A stretch of 64,000 nucleotides of DNA from Phoronis australis (lineage: Eukaryota; Animalia; Phoronida): contig NMRA01000082.1 of the NCBI GenBank assembly GCA_002633005.1, forward strand, positions 348,576-412,575, in the 5' to 3' direction. Of this stretch, positions 12,956 through 25,200 are shown one piece after another. The stretch's first letter is position 1. Each line of letters starts with the position of its first letter. The position numbers and the translations under genes are program-made. The notes below the pieces were generated by a model, which did not search any database, had not been told where the DNA came from, and saw nothing but the letters and a program-made list of their open reading frames with translations.

Positions 12956-15768
12956 ACTGGTCAAACGGTCAAACAAAGAAATCCAATCACATTCTCATCG
13001 AGATTATCCTAATTTTCAATGTTGCCTAAAACATGAGAAATGCTACTAACTTAGGTACCTAAAATAAAAGATCCTAAAAGCTAAATCCAAGCACACCATC
13101 AGAGATCTATTAGTGTCAGGTACAGAAGAGTCAAAGGTAAATTCTTGTCTTTTTTAGAGAGACAGCGTCCACATCTTTACATTGTAATGTTTAGTTGTGG
13201 ATAAAATTAAAGAAAGATAATGTCATGAAAAGTTCTCAGAATACACATTGTCCGTTTATTAGTTTATAAAAAAATTTAAATAATCAATGTCACAAAATTT
13301 CAGTTTAATATTAACGCGTTCAAAATCAAACCTAGTTTCCACTAATTGCATTCAAAACAAGCATTGTTAAATATTTCTCATAGCATTAGGTAATCTTGAT
13401 TTTTAGGAGTGTAAATTGTTAGAAGTCAAGCCTACTCCACTTTAAGAGCCTAAATCTATTTAAGTCGTTTGTTTTGTTGCCTTTATTTGTTTCAAAATGA
13501 TCAAATGTAATTCTTCAAACTCATTCGCAGGGTAAGTTTAGGGCTGGAATGACATTCATTACAAGGGTTAAGGTTCGAGTCCGGTTCTTGATGTTCAAGA
13601 TCCACGTTTTGAGTTACGCTCTTCTATTTTTGAGGAACAAAAATATGTGAGGACTGTAGTCACATGGTATGAGGTGATTCTGGTTATTAAATAATTTCAA
13701 AGTAGACTTAACTTGTTTCCTTAATTAGAAGACTTTAATAAATTAACAATTTAGATGTCAAAAACAGTTTAGACGGAGGTTTGAAGTCCAGATAATTTAT
13801 ACCTTTAATATGCAGGACTACCCCCCAGTCGTATCTTTATTGCAAAATCCAACATGTGAATGATATGAAGGATCAATCATGAGTGTGTAAAGAGAAGTAC
13901 TCTTATACTAAAAATTATTAAAGCCCAAAAATTATGTTTCGAATGCACACAAAACTAATGTCCATGTCCAAATGGTCAAACTTTTTAAAGAGATTATTTG
14001 ATGTGTAGGTAAGTTTACAGATAAAGATTAAAAAATACATTAGTACATCTTTATGTATGAAAGTGCCTAGACATTGCCACTCATAATAATCTAACATCAA
14101 ATCTCAAGCAGCACATCTAGTAGTCTCGAATGTAATGCCTCACTATCACAGGTGATTTCACCTATCGTTGGGTCTTTACTAGTAGCCTAGAGTCTTCTCT
14201 GTATCAGTACATGACTGACAGCACTTGATAGATATTGTGGCTATAGGATCTGTGACCAGTTCAAGATTTTTACACTCAATCTGAACCATTAGTACTACCT
14301 CCCAGTGATTACAAATTGACAGGGATTGTTTTCAACTTTCACCATGTGGAATAATCCACTCTGGAATTCGAAACACTTGTCACTGTCAAACCATCACTGA
14401 TCAACAAGCTGACATTGTCAGTCGACAAGTCAAAAATTAAACGTATCAGACCCAGCCAAAATGGCTGGCTCGTAAGCTAAAGAGGTATTAAAAGCAACTC
14501 TATTGGTGATCCAACATAAAAATTTCAGTAACAGGTGTACCTTGGGGTTATTTGATGCACAAACTGATAATTTACAATTGCTCTTTTTATTTGACGCAGA
14601 GACAACCCAAATTCAGAACAAATTCGAAGACATTCTAATCATCTCAACATGTAAGGCCTTTATAGACAAAATTGTGGTAAATTTGGCAATTTTAGATTCC
14701 CAGTAATGTTTATAAATCACTCCCCTTCAATTACGTACTCACCATTGCCGAAATTAACATTGCAAAAGAAAACAAAGGCTGATTATTTCTTGACCACCAT
14801 TTTCCACCAAAACGTCAAACGCCATTTTCTTTTACAGACCTAATGGCGTCTCCAAACATCGGAGACTTCGCTTACTTTTCAAAATTTTCACAAGGTGTCG
14901 GGCCTATCGGAAGCATACACACGCCCGTGTGCAAGTCACTAGCTGAGGCGAAATACACGGCAAAAAGTGAAATTTTGTTGCATTAGAAAACCTGCCATGT
15001 TGACAGAACCTATATACATCAATTGTGACACATGAAATTCACCAAATTTGTAATCAAATAGTAAGTAAACAAACACTAGCCAATGGCTAATATCACTACA
15101 TTGTAACATGTACTGACAATAAATAAATAAATGAAAACACATAACTGTTTGCAAAGGCCATGTTAGTTTGTTCCACCTTTGGTGAGCTGGGGATTCATAC
15201 AGTCGGTTTGTTTTCTTAACGTCAAACACCACAGGGAGTGAACTAGTTATCGGTTTTATTTGTAGTGCATTTCTCAGGCGAAAACAGCTGTGTTGTTCAC
15301 TATTATGACTGATGCGGCGTAAGAACGGGTTGGTCGGTTTTGTGTAACCTTGCGGTTTGTTGATTGTGTACGTAAGTTAATTCTTGATTGAGGCTTATTA
15401 GCCCAAATGTGTTTGGGCATCACCCGATATAGGTCACTTAAATAAGTGATAATTGAATTGAATAGTTGAAATAAAACAAGTTGAAAAATATCAGAAATGA
15501 AGATCGGCATGTGCAAGGTGAGCAGTAGTGTAATTATAACTCATAGGAAGAGGAACTAGACATGCACGAACACCGAAAAAGAATTCTAAGACACGGTGGA
15601 TTGTTTGACATACTGCTTGATACTGTTAACTTCTAGAAGCCCATATCTATACAAGACTGACCTTTTTTCAGTTTCTGGGGGTAATAACATGCTATTGGGT
15701 ATCTACGGTTGAACTTACTATCAGCGCAGATTTGAATTGAATGAGTAAAGAAGTATTAGTAAATAATT

Positions 15769-16457
15769 GGGTCCGTACCGGTATTCCCAGTCCCTAAATC
15801 CCCGTCCCTGTGCTACTTCGTCCCAATGTCCCCCTAACCCTATGCTTCCTCGCCTCTGTATTCCCCCGGCAGGCTATGTTCCCCCGGCCCTAGCAATATT
15901 ATCTATTTATCAGGATGCATTGTCGGATCGCATGGTTTTTAAGCATGCGCCGTTGGCTTACTTTGTTGTGTTCGTGAGTAAACAAGTGTTCTGGCCACTT
16001 TTTTGGTTAAATCTCTTTTCGTATTTAACAAAATCATACTGCTCAAAAGAGCAAGAGAAATTTCAGCAACGGAGGTTTTATTGAGATGTGGGTGTTTTTC
16101 CGGATTGCTCTACTTAGTTTTAACAATCGCTATCGTAAAGTCGAAAATGAAGGTGAAACAAGCTGGAATTGATTGTCATCTTTAATAAATTGCTTTACTT
16201 GATTTCACATAAGCGTCGACCGATGAACTTAAACCGATTTGTAAGACGCGAGTACATTTTTTCTCTGAAAGTTAAGTGTGTGTTTTCGTTACTGCGTTAT
16301 CGGAACACACCTAAGTTCATGAATATGGGGCGCACCAAAATACCCTTAAAACGAAGAAAATAAATTCACGAGTATGGAAATTTCGGGACGTTTAACATCG
16401 AGACGGGGGAACATGGAGAAGGGGGATTATAGGGGCCGAAGAATAGCGGGCAGACCC
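15769..16457. mobile_element. Possible degenerate TIR element with C-rich left and G-rich right subterminal repeats
   Basis: GGGTCCGTACCGGTATTC versus the reverse complement GGGTCTGCCCGCTATTC; mirrored TTCCCC/GGGGAA repeats; no TSD. Confidence 0.4.
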
Positions 16458-18300
16458 GGTGACTGTGATGTGGGTCCGGCTACAGGCAGTTGTCTGCATG
16501 AGTGTATTCATGGGTGTCCGTATGGCCACTAATCACTTGACTGACTGAGCCTTCGTAGTCTAAATACGCGCTTCTACTATAGGCAATCTGGTAGTTTGAG
16601 AAGAACGACGATGAAGAATGAGATTTGGCAAAGAAGACTAGCTACAAGGCTGGTAGCCACTGAGAATCACTCAAGTACAAATTCATCGATACAATTAGAA
16701 GTTGAGTTTTTGCTATATGTATCCCTATGCAACTTACATATACACGGTATAAAGCTGTCTGCAGGTCGCCTGGGTGCGTAACATTTCCCTTGACTATATG
16801 TATTGTAGTAACGCCAATCTCCTAGTTTTGTCTATTATATATTACTTGTGAATAGTAATGTGTTTCATTTGTCGTCATTCGTTTAATTTTGCACCACATT
16901 GCCATCAGTGTTGTAAAATTACATAATTTGAATATTTTCATTTGTATTCAATATGCTTGGATTGCCTGTGGGTGTTAGTGCGAATATGACAAGAACTCGA
17001 TCTAAAAGGAGGGAGCAGAGTGTCCGAGATAATCGGCCAATAATTTCGTTTTTGTGCTATAAGCTGGTGGAGAAAAATATCACTTGTAAACTCATGAGTA
17101 CTATCGTTGGCACAGAGAACACCTGCTTAACAATAGCTGCATACGGTACATGATCAAGTATCAGCGTTTGTAAGTTGTTACATTGGGTTTAGACATCCCA
17201 GAGTACTGACTAGCGTGCGGAAGTATCGACGAAACTAATAAAGTGAACTAAAGATGTATTTGCAAGCTCCTAACTATGCTGTTGCATAGCAGAAACTAAA
17301 CGGGCAATGCTATTGGGTATAATTTTCGTTAACCAAAGTACAGTAGGCCTAATTGTTGTATTCATTGACAAATTGTAAATGTAAAAACAAAAAAATCTGC
17401 AAGTAGGTGCCATTTGCGCTAATAACGTACCTTACGGGCTCACATAGTCTGCATCATGCAGTGTAGTCATCTGATAGTCCCCAACACCACGTCACGATAT
17501 TTACTGGACACGGTTGAGTGATTTACAGCGGAACATTTGCGACACAAAACTCGTTCGCAAAAACTTTTGGCAATTTTCAACCAACTTTATATTCACATCG
17601 TCGCTATATGTTGTGTTTCTAACTAATTTGACTGAGCAATCACAGAGATAAGAAATTGATGTGCAAGTTCGACTTTACAAAATATTTACACGAAAATAAA
17701 TTCACTTCGTGATATTGAAGAAATTTTAAATTAGCTAACAACTTACGAAACGAATTCTTGTCGCGCATGCGAGTTCTTGTTGAGATGCCCTCATTGCGTC
17801 ACAAGATCCCCAAATTTCACAGAAAATGAAAGTTTTAGGAAATAAAAAATCCGGGAAACTTCTTCATTCGGAAATACATCAAGATTTAAAAATTTTTAAG
17901 TCTAAGTGACAAAATCAATGAGAAAATTGTTTTTTAAAGTAATCTACAAGACGGATTAGAACTCACGACCTCAGCGGTATCAGTCCGCCGGTAATTTAAG
18001 CAAAGTATCTGTTGAAGACAGCGAACTGCAAGGATTGGTGATTTGTAATAATATCACAAAAACACAACGGGTTTTGTTATTTTAGAATTCTGGTCAACCC
18101 AGTAACTTCAAACATCCCCAAAATGCGTTTTTTCTGCCCTCTCACCTTATGTGCTCCGTTAACACAGCGTAACCTGCATTGCCGCCCATTTCCGAATACC
18201 GGTGGTAATGCAAACACCCACATCGTCTATACGAGTAAAGTCCAATTACAAATGAACACAAAAAAATCAAATAAAAGCGTTATCAAGTAAAACATATATT

Positions 18301-18447
18301 TACTGGCGAATCTAAGAAACTGTATTGGGGCACCCAGCCATAATTTCGAACTGAGGCCGGATAAATGATCACGTAAGTCTCAAAAACGGCATACCGACGG
18401 CGTTTTTTGAGGGACCATGCCCGTGGCCCCCTGAATCCGCCTGTATG
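18301..18447. mobile_element. Degenerate MITE related to the GGCGGAT/ATCCGCC family
   Basis: CTGGCGAATCTA...GGCCCCCTGAATCCGCCTG termini; TSD not recognisable. Confidence 0.45.
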
Positions 18448-20420
18448 GGGAACTACTAACTTCGAGTCATCCAAAATATTTGACAAAAATCATTTTTTGT
18501 AGTTTGGAATTGTTTCTAGTAGGCCTACATGACAGTTTTGGTGGCCAGAGACAGCTTCCAGAGACCCAAGTCATGGATGCCCAAATGTCCAAGGGAGAAA
18601 AACTTGTGATGTCATCCAAGAAATTGTTTTGATTTGAACAGAATTGTTTTCAGTCTTGCTCCCTCACTTTACTCACAGGCGTTTTCATTAATACAGTACC
18701 TTTTTGTCAGCGCAGTTCCTTCCTTCAGTGTTGCAATATTTTCCTCATGAATAGCAACACCAAAGTCTGTTCGTTTCTCTCAAGCTGCAGTTCATTTCAC
18801 GTGCACCACTACGTCAATTGCGACATCGACTTGTGGTCGAAATTGGTGGCGACCGGAAATGATGGGAAACCTCAAATTTATGACGACCGATAGAACTGGT
18901 AGCAACTGCTGGCAGAGTTGATTGTCAGAGTTCGGATCTGAGCTAACAATAACAACTTTTACCTTTTCACGGTCGTGAATTATCATCTCGCACTAAATGA
19001 CAGTGCCCAATGTTTTCATATAAAGCAAATGAACGTGTACAATTTGAGGTCTCGATGTGCAGGCACATCCGGTTTTGGCAAAAAGAAGTTGAGTCTCTAT
19101 ATATTTTATTCGGAGACAACACCTTACAAAATCTTGCATTTTGCAGGAATGCAATACCCTAGATGCCGGGCAATTCTAGCCAGCGTCACTTTTTCGGCAC
19201 ATAGGAATTTAAACGACTGCCCTTTGCGAAACAGCAGCGCACCATATGGGACTGATTTAGAACTTAGAAAATAGGGAACAGAAGAAGTAACCAATAGCAG
19301 ATACGCAACATTTTTGTAGATACTACTATGATTGAAACCACTGTATTCTTTTGGAAACAAAGTGACTTGTTGGTGTTGTCACTTGCTGTTCTGCGTAGGT
19401 CTATTGGATATAGAGAAGCATGCTCGCTCAAACTAGATTTCCGAAAAATCAACAGAAACTGAAGGAGGGATTTTTTTGATTAACATGAAAACTACACAAG
19501 AGTATATGATCAATGGGGCATCAACTATCTTTAATTTACTCCTAGGCTTCTTCACGTGTCTGCGATGATGCGTGAGCATAGAACTTCCTCCAGTTCTATT
19601 GTGTGAACAACACCCGGGGAGTGAAGAGATAAAAAACAATTGACATAAAATAAAGTATTAGCACCCCAGTTAGATGTAAAGACCTGTAAGTGATACCCAG
19701 TGCCTGTGCACATGTACTAAAGCTCATTTGTATGCGTTTAAATTTGAACAACAATTTGCTTTGTATAACGCATCATTTCCCGTTTTCTTCTCTCAGGCGC
19801 AGTGTTCTTTGCCACGCATTTTTACAGCCAACTCGTCCTTCGGGGCTAACGATAGTCAGCTTCTAGTCTGATAGAGGTCCTTTCGGTATGAAGTGTCTGA
19901 CGGTTGAGTTCACCGCCTCAGTATCCAGGTCATAATATAGTCAGTCAAACCCATTACTATCATTTGCGCTGACTAGACTACAGGCAGTTCCGTCAGATGA
20001 ATCCAATGTAATGCCTCGGAGTAGAAAAGGACGTTATGTAAAACAAAATCGGTAAGTAAGTGTTCTGGATTCCCGGCTTTCCTTTTGGATCCCGACCCAG
20101 GACCGGTTTTTTAGTGCGTTCAAATCGCATTAATTACCGGCGTTACAAACGCTACTATGTTGACGAGCAAGTTGTAACCGTTTTTCCAACTGTGGCAGTC
20201 AATCCTAAACAGTTGGTACAAAATGCGGAAGCGCTGTCATTTGTCGAGACATTTATGGTGAACGGCTCAACTACAAACTTAAAAACAGCTGACCCAATAC
20301 GATGACGTTCAACTGAGCTCTGTTGATTGCAATTAACCGGCAGGATTTCGATTATATGTTGCATACATTCAATGGGCCAGCCAATCTTCACGGAAGAAGG
20401 CCTGGGGTTTGTCCCTACTC

Positions 20421-20500
20421 CATGGGCGGCGCATCATAGGGTGCTGAAGGGGGGGGGGGGCTATAGCCCCCCACTCATTTTCAGTGCTGCCCCGCCCATG
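20421..20500. mobile_element. 80-bp mini-MITE with 5-bp TSD
   Basis: TIR CATGGGCGG...CCGCCCATG, with TACTC on both sides. Confidence 0.75.
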
Positions 20501-21823
20501 TACTCTCCTTTTCCGGTATCCACCAGGTTGGCTTTTGAGTTACCGATTACAGACCCTAGTTATATTTTTAATTGACTTCACATTTACACGACCTAGCTTT
20601 TGACACCGGTCTGCATGATTGTAAGCACAAAGAATCATATTATGCCCTTGCATCCCGGTATAACCTAACATTAAGGCGCGGACACTGCATGCCTGCGAGC
20701 TCATCCGCAGGGATGATTGGTCTCCTGCTCCAGTGCCGATTTCCTCAGCCGATAAAGGTTGACTAAATGCCTCGATGTTCGTGCCAGCGCACTAAGAATA
20801 TTAAAGTTTGGGTGTATCCAAGCAAAAAGTGTAGTTCAAGCCGATTTTTACCAATTAAGTTCCTTGCCAGAATCCAATCAAAGATTAGAACATTCTCCAA
20901 AAATTCCCACAGAAGGGTTTTGCAAGTCTAATTTGCATATCAGGTGAAATGGAGCTTCCCCAAAACTCACTCGTCTAACCCGCCTAATCGCCACAGTTAA
21001 CCTTCAACCCCAACCTTAGAGCGCGCCGTTACTTCTCCGATAGTAGGCACGGATCCCGATCTGGGGTCAGACAACAAATCGTGCGAACCCGTGCTGCTTG
21101 TACCAGTACCGGTAATTTCTTTTTCGTAATGCATCTTGGACACCGACATAATCTCAAAACAATAAATGAAGAGATGAAATCAATATTTGTCAAAAACTGA
21201 GTTGGCTACATCACATGCAACTAACGTTTACATGAAAGCCTTATGTGTTGGAAAAGACTGAATTTTTCGTAGAGATTCAAAATCCTGAGGTGAACCTTAT
21301 CGTCCAGGAATTTTGTCGGAATAGACACCCTTTCTGTAGGGAATTTTGTCGTACTGAAGGCACCCCTACGTCGTGAACTACTGATAAAATGTATCATCCG
21401 CAAGCCGAGCGAGGACAGTCATACTCCGGCCTACTGTCCCCGTGGCAGTACCCTCCGGGCCCAAGCACTCCTTCTGTAACCCTGACACTAATAGTTTTAT
21501 AATGATCTCTAAAATTATGGGTTTAACCATAGCAAATGCAAATTCATCCAATACTAAACTGACAATTAATTAAAGGGATTAAAAAAGTCGATCTCAGCTC
21601 AGTTCCGATCGAACTATAGTCTACTCTATCGTGCAGTGCAGACAGAAAAAGTATCTTATTTTGAATTGTAATAAAGTTGCATTTTGTGTCAAGTATGCCA
21701 TTGTAGTGTATATAATTATTAAATTGCTTGTTTAAAAAGCAACAGCCATTGAACGGATAACGCATTTCCTGCAGTAAAACTTGCAACTAAACAAGAAAAA
21801 TAACTGATCTCGGCATCGATGAG

Positions 21824-21900
21824 TTGACCTGTGGCGACCTGACCTGTAGGTCATTGAAAGTCACGTGACCGACGCGCTCTCACCGGCAGCAGCCATATTG
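21824..21900 (+). promoter_or_regulatory. Probable lamin proximal promoter: TGACCT/AGGTCA nuclear-receptor half-sites, GTCACGTGAC E-box, YY1-like GCCATATT
   Basis: Motif cluster about 85-160 nt upstream of the ATG in CpG-rich DNA. Motif matches only. Confidence 0.5.
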
Positions 21901-21982
21901 TACTCCGTGCACTGCTTCTGTGTTTGGTGTTCGTTCGTTTTGATTTTCCTCTGTACTCTTCAGCCCGTCTGAGTCTGCAACA

Positions 21983-22213
21983 ATGTCCACAAGATCGGTG
22001 AAGAAAACAGTGTCGACAACGACGGTACAGTCGTCTTCGTCGTCGAGTAGTTCTCAGGAAAAATCGTCCCCGGGTAGGATGCGTCCTCCGTCGCCGGCGA
22101 GAATTTCCCGCCTGCAGGAGAAGGAACAAATGGTTGAACTGAACAATCGGCTGGCGAACTACATCGAGTACATTCGCAGTCTTGAGGCGGATAACAGTAA
22201 ATTGCAACTGCAG
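21983..22213 (+). CDS. Lam: Lamin exon 1 (head, CDK1 site, coil 1A)
   Basis: MSTRSVKK...[41 protein letters not shown]; donor CAG|GTAATT. Confidence 0.95.
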
Positions 22214-25200
22214 GTAATTTTAAGGAATTTATGTGGGCGATTACTTTCTGCATCATTAATGATCATTAAATGTCTTGACGGCCGGGCACTCGCCGGCGCT
22301 CAACTTGTTTTGCTTTGTTCATTGACATTGTTCATCGACTTGCCAATCACAAATCGGCTGTTTACTTTTATTATTTTGGTTTCGGGACCAAGGCCAGCAA
22401 GGAGGTAGTCTGAACTAGACAGAAGGGAAGAATTTGATATTTATCAATGGCTCAAAAAGTGTTAGAAGAATGTGCAACAAAGTCTGGGCCTGGGATAACT
22501 TTGTCATTGATTTGTACACTTGGAACAAGACAATCACTGAATAATGGACCCATTCATTGCTCAGTGGATGCCAGGAAATAGTACTAGTTTCTTGCTCCAG
22601 TCTAGGTGTCTGATACTGATTCCATATTCGACCATTGCCAGCACATGGTGTCTGCGGACTCCTTCAATCTTGGTCTGGACCCTGTGACCACGAAACATTT
22701 CTCGAGTCTCAAAAATTGAAGAGTCGCATGCCCGACTTGTCACTTAACTTTTACAATTTCGCCCGTTACGATTGGTCAGTTTTCATGTCTTATCTTTGGC
22801 AGATTTTGGTGTTAACGGGCCCGCTGGATTCTGATCCCGAGTAATAAAAGCGCCGGATAGATTGGGATTAGTCGGATGTAATGGACCCTGGTTTAGAGAA
22901 CCAGGCATTCACTGAATAACGGTTCTGTTATTTAGTGGACGAAACTTGTTCTCTATCTGAATAGTGCCGGTATGTTTAAGCTGCCGTTTATAGCCAAGTT
23001 TTCCCTTGAGTTAACTGAAGTAATTTGATCTGCTTTTCACAAAAACTGCCTCTGTGTCAGTACACTGGGTGATTTGCTCACAGTTATGTAATGGTAGCTG
23101 ATATTGGAGATCAGTGATTTAATCTAATAATGATGGTCCTTGTTGCAAGCAACCCTGTTGATCAAGTAAACAGTATATTTGCTCTTAAGTTCCCTTGAGA
23201 TAATCGAAATGCTTGATCACAAGTTTATAGTTACATTGGGTCTTATCAATCTGGCTGTGGGATTTATTATTTTCAAATTCTAAATTTATGTTCGGTTTTA
23301 ATCTTTGAGAGTCTAATTTACTAGATTTCTTGAACTTGGATGGATTCATCTGGACTGTGTTTATTTTGTTTTTGTGTATAGTGAATACACAACAGAGTCA
23401 GGTTTTTACGTTGAGATATAAATGGAAAGAAATACAACTATTACCTACAATGTCTGATTTCACAAGTACCAGGTCGCCTGATGTGACCTCATATTGTTAG
23501 TGGCTACTTGAGCAGGAGGCCGTTCAACGTGTCGTTATCAATTCTTTGTCACCCAACTCGCCAAATGTAAGTTTGAGTGTTTCGGCAGTTTCGATGTGGA
23601 CAATTTTGAATTTTAGTCACATATATTTACTCTCGTCGTGAAAAATGGACCATGATGTTTTTAGATCAACAAAATGCTGGTATTTTACATTGGGTTCAGA
23701 CAGAACCCGGGAAAACCTGATTTAGGATTGATGTCGAACTAGGAATTGTTGAAATGATGTGTTGAAAACTACAAGATATTTGTGAATTTTTTCTTTGCAT
23801 TTTGATATTTGTTGGGATCATCTCCTGCCAATAACATATGAACTACAATATTTGAAATGGGGCTACCCTCATTGTAAATATTACATTAATAAATTAATAA
23901 ATAAATGAATTATGGTTTCCACTGTCAGAACTGTTAACAATAATTTTCCAAGAAACTGGCATTATTTACAAAACAAAATTTTGTTCCAAAATGTCAATTT
24001 CAACTTTTATACAACTCGTAGCACTACTGTCAGTTAGGATTGGGATTCATGGTCATTCATTGATTCCTCAGCATTTGCCTTAAAAATATGGAGAAATTTA
24101 GCATCCATTCCATTTTTTTGGTCTAGCCTACTTTTTGTCTACTGTTTTTATCCTTATTGTAAAGGTATGATAGAGTCTACCTCTCCATAGAGCTTAGCGG
24201 AAATGAACTTCATATTCTTGTTGTGTGCTGTACAAAGGCTAGAAGTTTTTAATTTTGGCTCGTGAGTCAAGTGTTTAACTTTTGTGCTTAAAACATTCTT
24301 AAACCATTTATCTATTAAAAGTTAGCATCGTGTCATGCCTTTTTGTATGCAGTCTTGCCATTGGCTGGGCTTGATTTAGTGACCTGCAGCTCATCAATAC
24401 AACCTCATATTTTGTGTGGCGACCTGTGACTTTCGCGACTTCCAACCAAGCCAGGAGAGGTCTGCTTTTTCCTTTAATAAAATCTGAAGAGGAAATCCGT
24501 CGTCAGCTTGCACACAATCCATTAACTAACAAACCTGGCAGACATTTGCGTCTTGGCATAAAGAAACTGCAAACATTTGCGCTTTAGTATAGGTCTTATT
24601 TGTGATGGCCAACACTTTCGCACTGCTGCGTGTCGTGCGAGAAGGGGAGGGTTTCTGGTTTCGGTGAGCTAATTTCTCATGTGGTGACCTGAGAATTTTG
24701 CCATGTCGTATTTGGCAAACTGTCATTGTGCTCTAAGTGTTTAGCCTCAAGTAACAGTCTGGTGCTGAAGGTAGCTGTTACTTTACCTGACTTTGTTGAC
24801 ACTATTCAATGTGTTTCAATATGCATTCAACTCTATACTTTCCCCTTGGGCCCAGTCAAAAGCTTACTTCACTGGTCTATTGTGATATGCCTGGCATTGG
24901 TTGGGATCTATCATTATCAAGATTGTATGCCAGGATCCTTGAAGAACAAATTTCTAATGCCCCAATGACGTACCTTTGTTCATCATTATGTAAGTCCCTC
25001 AAGCTTTTGTCTATTGGTACCACATTGTACAAACCATTCAAACTGACCTTGACATTCCCATGAATATCATGTCACCCTTGCCCATACACATACTACCAAG
25101 CGTTAGTGTTCCCATCAGCTTCGAAGTTATAGTTCAGTAAAGTTATTGTACGGTAAGGCAGCGCTAATATGACCATTGGTCATATGCCTTGCTGTGACAA

